64,000 nt of DNA, from assembly GCA_965219995.1 (NCBI GenBank), contig CBDCOX010000002.1, positions 4,672,001-4,736,000 on the forward strand, read 5' to 3'. Both the position numbers and the translations under genes were made by a program. Origin of the DNA: Candidatus Latescibacterota bacterium. Its GTDB lineage: Bacteria; Latescibacterota; UBA2968; GCA-2709665. Of this stretch, positions 57,801 through 64,000 are shown in pieces (position 1 is the first letter of the stretch; each line of letters begins with the position of its first letter). The notes beneath the pieces are model-generated. The model made no database searches and was not told the origin of the DNA. It worked only from the letters and a program-made list of their open reading frames with translations.

Positions 57801-58460
57801 TTCCGCGTACCAGTTCGGCATCGCGGAGTGGTAGAGCGGGAGAAAGAAGCCGAAGTCCGGATTCTGGTTGGAGCGGCTGCTGCCGAGCAGGCCGAAGACA
57901 AAGGGCATGCTGTTGTGAGAAGATTTGAGCGTGATGTGGTGGGTGAGTTCGTGGGTGAACACGTCGAGCACCCAGTCGTGAGTGCCTCGAGAGTCCCAGT
58001 TGGCGGGTGTGGCCCCGAAGAATATCAGATTTCCCAGGTAGGCCGAGTAGGCGTTTCCCAGAATGTCGATGTCGGAAACGACCACGTGAACCGGGGCGTA
58101 GCGATCTATGGAACCCGGGTAGTGACGGGATATCTTCTCGAAGGTGTCGTCCGCAATTTCGGCGATGCGGCGGGCCGTGTTTTCCGCTTCCGCGTAGTAG
58201 ATGGCGAAATACTTCGTGCGGATTGCCCGTGCGCCCGGCACGTGGAGGCCGAGCAGGGCAGGAAAGAAATGACGCTCGTGCCGATCCCAGGTGTAATCGG
58301 GCATGGTGCGGTTCAACGGGACGTCGGCAATGTCTACCGTGGGACCGAATTTGTACTTCCTGGGAATCTGCTGGGCGTCTGACGGGATCGTCGCGCCGGA
58401 CGAAAACGTGATCAGAACTGCGGTGAAGAGGCCGATGGACAGGATCGTGGATCGGTTCAC
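54894..58460 (-). CDS. Outer-membrane protein: zinc peptidase (MA clan), PD40/TolB-like propeller and Omp85-like C-terminal barrel
   Basis: Signal peptide from GTG 58460. HELTH plus WYAEGIA, repeated P..SPDG..AF, LGG..TLRGY and C-terminal YFGLTI. Confidence 0.8.
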   Translation of the reverse strand: MNRSTILSIGLFTAVLITFSSGATIPSDAQQIPRKYKFGPTVDIADVPLNRTMPDYTWDRHERHFFPALLGLHVPGARAIRTKYFAIYYAEAENTARRIAEIADDTFEKISRHYPGSIDRYAPVHVVVSDIDILGNAYSAYLGNLIFFGATPANWDSRGTHDWVLDVFTHELTHHITLKSSHNSMPFVFGLLGSSRSNQNPDFGFFLPLYHSAMPNWYAEGIAQFESKKYGGDLWDTHRDMILRMATLEDDLLSYTNMGVFGKDGFKSEQVYNQGYAFLNYLAETYGQDSVRAMSRHRPIVNFKSAVKKSTGRSAPELYDEWTAHLDRKYGELADSIRASGEREGELLSDRGDVEHFPTYSPDGTKMAFISNEGSDYAIMEMLVMDLTTRKLTKVARSRKYGKYVNLPFSWMPDGNALVYSKSVGGNWDIFIYDLITRKERRVTVGLRGRDPAVSPDGTKIAFVGNRDGTSNLGIVNIDGTEVRYLTNNNNGTQYYTPRWSEDGNRLLFSIFRGEDRDIAVISADATPRPKKTDKKKTEKQELAERIAERKKAETGMDSVQAEADSLALAEAASRDSMVAFPDSLAYANNAGFEVIINTGADERDAVWLPGGGGIVYASDRTGIFNIYALDLTTGRQEQLSNVIGGAFSPSVSPGGDEILYSGYHAANYNIYRIRKSGAVAAAPADSLVRDYSSIYKGKKIGDLFNTGRYAPRLSSIGVVPILVLGPTFIGNRFGLDQLSVGAEAAWGDLLGSDNIYTGFTVGKNLKKGVDLNSNFSAFYTRGLPAVHTEDRTYAPRIFVGASQQTINSQIDRGIVDARRDTTSGTLQIVIDDTLRLVPGVTSFTNLSLTQEDKYKNLFNDFVVGIETSIGRRQVVSMTYGRRRYKESAHIHQVILDSTRLVQNRSGVITDITDQIPGLGEDEVVFDDFLYRDLSFFRSNDLTVGWRYFNFQPAKDMFVNPSRGRAITLRYRRINASVTDSLFRSQLNQDGVAAPTYMSDPTKLGINEYVVSWNEFIGLGGRSTLALQAFLAYKDKPIKDVQENTSSAEGVFYYPLRYYLGGIGTLRGYPYFSTSGGKALLARASLTFPIFKNAAKELPPYFFDKVYGTFFVETGATGNFESLRALLDSDDRFKRSAFLTDWGFELRMQMFTHYRIPLYGYFQIAFPTRDSIQGQDIDNNRIYFGLTI

Positions 58461-58594
58461 GTGCTTCTCCTGGACTTCAATGGATGGATTGGGGTGGATT
58501 GGACGGCCGACGGGACGTTGCGCGACGCGCCTCCGCGCCGGTCGGCTATAAAAGTATACAATTAGACCTCCCAAGACAACGAACGGTTCCAATT

Positions 58595-59584
58595 TCAGTC
58601 CGCCGGGAGGTGTTGCCCGGTCCGCAGAATACACGCGACGCTGTGGTTCCCGCCGATTTCGAGCAGTTCCGGAACGACTCTCGTACATGCGTCTTCCCGT
58701 TCCGGGCAGCGCGGATGAAAGGGACAGCCGTGAGGGACGTTGGCGGGGCTGGGGACGTCCCCGGTCAGCACTGTGCGCTGCTTCCTGATGCGCGGGTCCG
58801 GTACGGGGACGGCCGAAAGGAGGGCGCGGGTATATGGGTGCTGCGGAGCGTCGCACAGGGTGTGGCTCTCCGCGATTTCCACGATGCGCCCCAGGTACAT
58901 CACCGCGATACGGTTGGAGATATGTTTGACAACGCTCAGGTCGTGCGCAACAAAGAGGAAGGTGAGGCCGAACCGGACCTGAAGATCCTGTAGCAAATTG
59001 ATGATCTGGGCCTGGATCGACACATCCAGGGCCGAAACGGGTTCATCCGCGACGATGAATTCCGGATTCACGGCCAGAGCGCGGGAAATGCCGATTCGCT
59101 GACGCTGCCCGCCGCTGAATTCGTGCGGATACCGGCGGGCATGGTCCGGGCGGAGGCCCACCGTGTCCAGGAGTTCGGCCACCCGCTCCCGCGTATCGCT
59201 CCCATCGGTAAGTTTGTGGATTTTCAGCGCTTCGGCCAGCATCCCCCCGACGGTCATACGGGGATTCAGCGAGCTGTATGGGTCCTGGAATATGATCTGC
59301 ATCCGGCGCCGTACGCCGCGAAGCTCCGTCCGGTTCAAACCGAAGACGTCGGCGCCGTTAAACAGCACGCGCCCCTCCGTGGCCTCGATGAGCCGCAAAA
59401 TGGTCCTCCCCGCCGTCGTTTTGCCGCATCCGGATTCCCCCACCAGACCCAGGGTCTCCCCCCGTTGAACCGAAAAGGAGACGCCGTCGACGGCCTTGAC
59501 GTAGCCGACGGTCCGGGAAAAAACCCCGCGGGTTATCGGGAAGTGCTTCTTGAGGCCGTGGACTTCGAGCAGAGGCTTTGACAT
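58595..59584 (-). CDS. oppF: Oligopeptide/dipeptide ABC transporter ATP-binding subunit (OppF/DppF type)
   Basis: [38 protein letters not shown] and GCPFHPRC. Confidence 0.9.
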   Translation of the reverse strand: MSKPLLEVHGLKKHFPITRGVFSRTVGYVKAVDGVSFSVQRGETLGLVGESGCGKTTAGRTILRLIEATEGRVLFNGADVFGLNRTELRGVRRRMQIIFQDPYSSLNPRMTVGGMLAEALKIHKLTDGSDTRERVAELLDTVGLRPDHARRYPHEFSGGQRQRIGISRALAVNPEFIVADEPVSALDVSIQAQIINLLQDLQVRFGLTFLFVAHDLSVVKHISNRIAVMYLGRIVEIAESHTLCDAPQHPYTRALLSAVPVPDPRIRKQRTVLTGDVPSPANVPHGCPFHPRCPEREDACTRVVPELLEIGGNHSVACILRTGQHLPAD

Positions 59585-59585
59585 G

Positions 59586-60584
59586 TCAATCCGATCGCGT
59601 CACGGGAGAGGGGTAATCTTCGACCATCCAGCAGGCCACGTGGCGGCTGCCGGCGGTCGGTTCCAGGCGCGGTTCGTCCGTTACACACACGTCTTCCGCC
59701 AGGGAACACCGGGGCGCAAACCGGCATCCGGAGGGAAAACGGGTCGCGTCGGGCACCGTGCCCGGAATCACGGACAGCCGGTTCTTCTCTTCGTTGAGCG
59801 TGGGTATGGATTCCAGCAAGCCCCTCGTGTAGGGGTGCTGAGGGCTCGCGAAGATCTCGTCAACCGTTCCGGTCTCCACGATCTTCCCGGCGTACATGAC
59901 CGCCACGCGGTCCGCGACTTCCGCGATGACTCCCAGGTCGTGGGTGATCATCAGGACGGCCATCCCCAATTCCCTCTGAAGCCGGTCCAGAAGCTCCAGA
60001 ATCTGTGCCTGAATGGTCACGTCCAGCGCCGTGGTGGGCTCGTCGGCGATCAGCAGTTCCGGATTGCAGGAAAGGGCCATGGCAATCATCACCCGCTGGC
60101 GCATGCCGCCGGAGAGCTGGTGAGGGTACTCGTTCGCCCGATGTTCCGGATCCGGAATGCCCACCAGGTTGAGCATGTCCACGGTTTTGGCCCGGGCGGC
60201 GTCTCTGGCGAGGCGCTGGTGGAGCATTACGGCTTCGTCAATCTGGTCTCCGCAGGTAAACACAGGGTTGAGGCTGGTCATCGGCTCCTGGAAGATCATC
60301 GCGATGTCGTTGCCCCTGACACCCTGGAAAGCGGCTTCATCCAGATTCAGCAGATTCCGTCCGTTGAATCGGATCTCGCCATCGACGATTTCACCCGGCG
60401 GTTCCGGTATCAGACGCATGACGGACAACGATGTTACGCTCTTTCCGCACCCGGATTCTCCCACCAGACCCAGTGTTTCACCCTTGTCCAGAGTAAAGGA
60501 GACGCCATCCACGGCTTTGGCGATGCCGCCATCCGTATGGAAGTACGTCTTCAGCTCTTGGACGGTCAGAAGGGGCTCCGACAT
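59586..60584 (-). CDS. oppD: Oligopeptide/dipeptide ABC transporter ATP-binding subunit (OppD/DppD type)
   Basis: [34 protein letters not shown] and GCRFAPRC. Confidence 0.9.
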   Translation of the reverse strand: MSEPLLTVQELKTYFHTDGGIAKAVDGVSFTLDKGETLGLVGESGCGKSVTSLSVMRLIPEPPGEIVDGEIRFNGRNLLNLDEAAFQGVRGNDIAMIFQEPMTSLNPVFTCGDQIDEAVMLHQRLARDAARAKTVDMLNLVGIPDPEHRANEYPHQLSGGMRQRVMIAMALSCNPELLIADEPTTALDVTIQAQILELLDRLQRELGMAVLMITHDLGVIAEVADRVAVMYAGKIVETGTVDEIFASPQHPYTRGLLESIPTLNEEKNRLSVIPGTVPDATRFPSGCRFAPRCSLAEDVCVTDEPRLEPTAGSRHVACWMVEDYPSPVTRSD

Positions 60585-60693
60585 AAGGCCGAACCTATAT
60601 TGAACCTGCGCCTGTTGCGAATGCGCCGCGAACCGGGCGGGCGCGTGGGCTCGAAAACAACATCATGACTCGATAGGCAGTCGCTCCGCCGGG

Positions 60694-61437
60694 TCAGAAG
60701 AGCGGCGGGTTCAGATGCAGCCAGTCTTCGAGCAGGAAATCCACGCGGCCGATGAGCAGGGAAATACGCGCCATGACGGTATAACCGAACGAAGCGCCGA
60801 ACGAAACCATCAGGAAGTAGATGCCCACCCTGGAGATGCCGCCCACAACTCCTTTATGTTCGACGGAAAAGTAAAAGTAGATGAGGACGCTCACGACGCC
60901 GATCAGGATGATCGCAGGATTCAGTACGGCCCATCCGAAGTCCGCCGACGCCTGGGAAAACGGGCTTATTGTGGGTTCGATCTGTTCGATGATGAAGGAG
61001 GCCACGCGGCGGGGGATGGCCAGGCCCGCGCCGAGCCCCACGAAGAAAGCGAAGGAGATGCGGCTGAGCCACACCCCTCGGCCGAAAAAGCGGGTCATCA
61101 GAAAGAGACCGAGACATGCCGGAACGAGCACCAGCCATCTGACGCCCGTGTCGGCCGGTGGACGGAAGAGAGGATTCACCACGTCCACCAGGATGCTCTG
61201 GTACCAGACCAGCGCCAGTTCGTATGCGGCAACAACGCCCACGTAGAGGTGCTCGGCCAGCTTGAAGAGCGGATTGTCCCTGTAGAGGAAGCTGTACAGC
61301 GCGAGCGTGATCCCGGCGGCGAGGATAATTCCGAACCCCGACCAGTTCGCCTGAAGGTCGCCGGTGGCCAGCAGATACCCGTTTACGACCGCAAAGAGCA
61401 GAATGAAGACCGGGAAGACGATGTTTTCTCTATTCAT
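60694..61437 (-). CDS. Uncharacterised multi-pass membrane protein
   Basis: About 6-7 hydrophobic helices, YSFLYRDNPLFKLAEHLYVG and FLMVSFGASFGYTVMAR. Confidence 0.85.
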   Translation of the reverse strand: MNRENIVFPVFILLFAVVNGYLLATGDLQANWSGFGIILAAGITLALYSFLYRDNPLFKLAEHLYVGVVAAYELALVWYQSILVDVVNPLFRPPADTGVRWLVLVPACLGLFLMTRFFGRGVWLSRISFAFFVGLGAGLAIPRRVASFIIEQIEPTISPFSQASADFGWAVLNPAIILIGVVSVLIYFYFSVEHKGVVGGISRVGIYFLMVSFGASFGYTVMARISLLIGRVDFLLEDWLHLNPPLF

Positions 61438-62273
61438 GCCGCTGTTCCTTTACGAACGGCGCTTCGGTGCAGAAAGTAGACGACGTTTCCCAGCAGGATG
61501 AACCCGATGATGACCAGATGTGCGACGGATTGCGGACGCATGCCGCTGACCGCCAGCGCTCTCTTGCCCACCAGGGCTTCGTATTCCGCGGCGCCGGCGA
61601 GCCCGCCGATGAGGCCGTCGAGCTGCCGGGACTGAAGGAAGGGGAAGAAATCAGGCGCCATCACGGCGGTACATCCGGCCCCCAGGGGGAACCGGTATCG
61701 TTCCTGCCCGTACGCGATCCATTCGTCGACGCCGGGAAAGCCGGCAGCCAGATCGATCACGTAATCGAAGTCTTTCAGCGACTGCAGATTGCGGGTGAGA
61801 GACATTTCAGAGGTGGCGACGCCCCGGATGTCTTCGGGAAACGCGCCCTGCAGGTCCTGGCCCATATTCAGGATCAGGATCGGGCCGCCGGCCTTGAACC
61901 CGAGGAACGCATAGTCCGTTCCGTTCACGCGTCCGTATTCCTCCCCCGCCGTCTCAAACGCCTGCATGGCGAGCCCCACGGCTTCGGTGATGAGCGTCAC
62001 GCCCACCACCCGGATGTTCCGGCTGAAGCAGTGGCGAAGAATGGCCAGGGCCATGGGCTGGAGTTCCGGCTGCGAACTGGGTCCGTAGTCGAAGGAGATG
62101 AGCACGACGGCATCGGGATCTCCGGAAAGGCTTTCTATCGAATCGTAGACCGCGCGCACGTTGGGCGTGGCCTTGATGGGCAGTTCGAAGCCGATGAGCA
62201 GAGGGATGCATACGGCGAGAAAGACGGCCAGGTAGACGATGCGCCGGTCGATATTCAGAAGGCGTTCGATCAT
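61434..62273 (-). CDS. Uncharacterised membrane protein with N- and C-terminal TMs around a soluble alpha/beta domain
   Basis: Start MIERLL (ATGA overlaps on both sides). FDYGPSSQPEL and GLIGGLAGAAEYE. Confidence 0.85.
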   Translation of the reverse strand: MIERLLNIDRRIVYLAVFLAVCIPLLIGFELPIKATPNVRAVYDSIESLSGDPDAVVLISFDYGPSSQPELQPMALAILRHCFSRNIRVVGVTLITEAVGLAMQAFETAGEEYGRVNGTDYAFLGFKAGGPILILNMGQDLQGAFPEDIRGVATSEMSLTRNLQSLKDFDYVIDLAAGFPGVDEWIAYGQERYRFPLGAGCTAVMAPDFFPFLQSRQLDGLIGGLAGAAEYEALVGKRALAVSGMRPQSVAHLVIIGFILLGNVVYFLHRSAVRKGTAA

Positions 62274-62926
62274 TGTCCTTCCTCTCCGAGATAGGATCGT
62301 TCGATGCCGAAGATGATGCGCAGGGCCGTGGCGATCGCGCCGAGGCTCACGCCCAGCAGGATACCGCGCCGTGCGGCCAGGTTGGGAGTGGCCATCAGCC
62401 ACTGGGACACCTCGGGCAGGTGTTCCGAGATGAGCGCGCCGATGGGCACCCGGCCGAGCATGACCAGCAGGGCGGCAACAAGGAGCACAACGGCTTCGGC
62501 CGACCGGGCCCGGAAGGTGCGGTAGGCGGCTGAAGCGATAAAGAAGGCAAGCAGAGAGAACATGGTGGCGCCGCCGGCCACGTGGATGTGCGTATACATC
62601 CAGTTCAGATCCAGACCGTCTCCCGGCGCGAGCGGTTGAAGCGGCCCACTTCCGTTGTTGTAGACGGCCAGTGCGATCGTGACGATGAATCCGATGTACA
62701 CCACGGCGCTGAACGCCCATCCGGCCTGTTTGCGTCTGATCCGGTGCCAGTGCATCTGCAGCAGGCTGTGGATGCCCAGAAACAGGGCGAAGGCGGCGAT
62801 GATCCGGTACCAGGTTGAGGTTGTGATCTCAACCGGTTGGGCAACCGGGATATAGTAGGTGAAGATACCGATGACACCGGCTGCGAAAGCCACGAGCAAC
62901 GGCAGGGTGCGCTGCAGGAAATACAT
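62270..62926 (-). CDS. Uncharacterised multi-pass membrane protein
   Basis: About 6 hydrophobic helices, ATMFSLLAFFIASAAYRTFRAR and P..AARRGILLG. Confidence 0.85.
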   Translation of the reverse strand: MYFLQRTLPLLVAFAAGVIGIFTYYIPVAQPVEITTSTWYRIIAAFALFLGIHSLLQMHWHRIRRKQAGWAFSAVVYIGFIVTIALAVYNNGSGPLQPLAPGDGLDLNWMYTHIHVAGGATMFSLLAFFIASAAYRTFRARSAEAVVLLVAALLVMLGRVPIGALISEHLPEVSQWLMATPNLAARRGILLGVSLGAIATALRIIFGIERSYLGEEGQ

Positions 62927-62972
62927 TCGGTTTTCTCCGGAATACGTGAACGTGGATGCCTTGCCCTCGTCG

Positions 62973-64000
62973 TCAGCTCAGCAACGGCCAGAGGCCGAAC
63001 CCGGCCAGTATCGAACCGAGCATCAGCATCAGAATGATGATTCCCTTCCCGAGGTCCTGTCCCTTCAGGCTTCCCAGAAGCTTTGGGTCTCTCGAGAGAT
63101 AGGCGCTGGCGGCGTAGAGTTCCTCCCCCATCAGCGTGTAGTCGCAGGTCGTGATGAAGAACGGAAGCTGCGTATAGGCATCGGTTGCGGCGATCTGAAT
63201 GGCGCCGGTTGTGGAGCCGGTTTCCGCCAGGAGCAGGGATTCGGCGTAGAAATAACCCATCAGGAGATTGGCAGCCGGCTTCTCCCGCACCATCAGGCCC
63301 TCCAGCGCGGCCGCATAGCTGAACTGGTCCGCGGCCGCCAGAAAGACATTGTCCGGGTTGAACGCGTCCGGCCGTCCGGCCTCGATGCAGGACTCCTTCA
63401 CCACCTCCTGGCTTACGGACATGACGATCGGGTCCCGGTTACCCACCTTGAGCTGGGTATCGTACTCCGCGGTTCGTTTCGCCACCTGCCCGAGTATATT
63501 CACGGCGGCGATGGTGGAGGGGCTGCCCATGTCCTGCAGACCGTGTACGAAAAGCACCGGCTTTCCCATTTCGGTTGCCCTGCCAAGGGCTTCGTCCAGT
63601 GCGTCCAGGCCGGCCAGCCGGCGGATATAGAGGTTCTTCCGCCGGGCGAGTCGGATGTAGACGAGGATCAGAATCGAGAAGAGCGCGGCCAACGCGAGAT
63701 TTCCGGTTTTTGTCGAATTGAAATAATTGCCGCGGGCCCGGGCCTCGACAACGGTGTAGCCCCCGCCGTGGACTCCGATGCGAATGAAATACGCCTTGCC
63801 GTTCTCGATCCTGGTCCGGTCCTGTCCTTCAGGATCCCGGTAGGACTCGATGAGGGCGAAGTGACGATTCCGGTTGTCATCGTCCGATCCGAACGTGGCG
63901 GGCTCGTCGGCCATCGTCGGCGTCGTCTTCGGGTCCAGTTCCGCAACGTGATAAAACGGGCCCTCCGCCCGTTCGGAGACATCGATGCGGTAGCGCGCGC
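62973..64000 (-). CDS. DUF6754-like membrane protein with extracytoplasmic beta-rich N-terminal part; 5' end outside window
   Basis: Frame stays open to the window end. IRRLAGLDALDEALGRATEMGKP, FYAESL, QLPFF and DYTLMGEELYAASAYL. Family name recalled, not verified. Confidence 0.8.
   Translation of the reverse strand, partial: ARYRIDVSERAEGPFYHVAELDPKTTPTMADEPATFGSDDDNRNRHFALIESYRDPEGQDRTRIENGKAYFIRIGVHGGGYTVVEARARGNYFNSTKTGNLALAALFSILILVYIRLARRKNLYIRRLAGLDALDEALGRATEMGKPVLFVHGLQDMGSPSTIAAVNILGQVAKRTAEYDTQLKVGNRDPIVMSVSQEVVKESCIEAGRPDAFNPDNVFLAAADQFSYAAALEGLMVREKPAANLLMGYFYAESLLLAETGSTTGAIQIAATDAYTQLPFFITTCDYTLMGEELYAASAYLSRDPKLLGSLKGQDLGKGIIILMLMLGSILAGFGLWPLLS

Noticed and set aside
1-64000. 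tRNA, rRNA, riboswitch, transposase or prophage genes
   Set aside because: None recognised by eye. A covariance-model scan would be needed to exclude small RNAs.

Overview
GC-rich bacterial chromosomal window with about 45 credible protein genes. I found no rRNA, tRNA, CRISPR array, transposase or integrase. The gene content resembles host/sponge-associated Latescibacterota/Gemmatimonadota-like genomes (inference only): a dockerin/EF-hand-like DFDGNGTVGFSDF tag, a plant-type LRR protein, sulfatase, heparinase-like protein and many small catabolic enzymes. Housekeeping genes (rsgA, two lolC/E-type permeases, mutY, aroC, mtnA, rsfS, carA, pyrC) surround an accessory block at ~28.2-46.9 kb. That block holds four co-oriented genes separated by homologous palindromic REP mosaics (transglutaminase-like, heparinase-like, a giant LRR-metalloprotease, an exonuclease-RecQ-UvrD double helicase), then two PIN toxin-antitoxin pairs. 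Highlights: (1) the LRR gene is interrupted by one in-frame TGA immediately followed by a long hairpin, just before the HEXXHXXXXXH protease motif; (2) at the right end, an uncharacterised four-gene membrane module sits where OppABC would normally be, upstream of oppD/oppF and a peptidase-propeller-Omp85 gene, and is a candidate new import system; (3) there are several families of non-coding repeats, including a two-copy ~250-bp heptamer-ended structured element and a 160-bp MITE with an intact ATAG target duplication. All family names come from motif recognition, not database searches.
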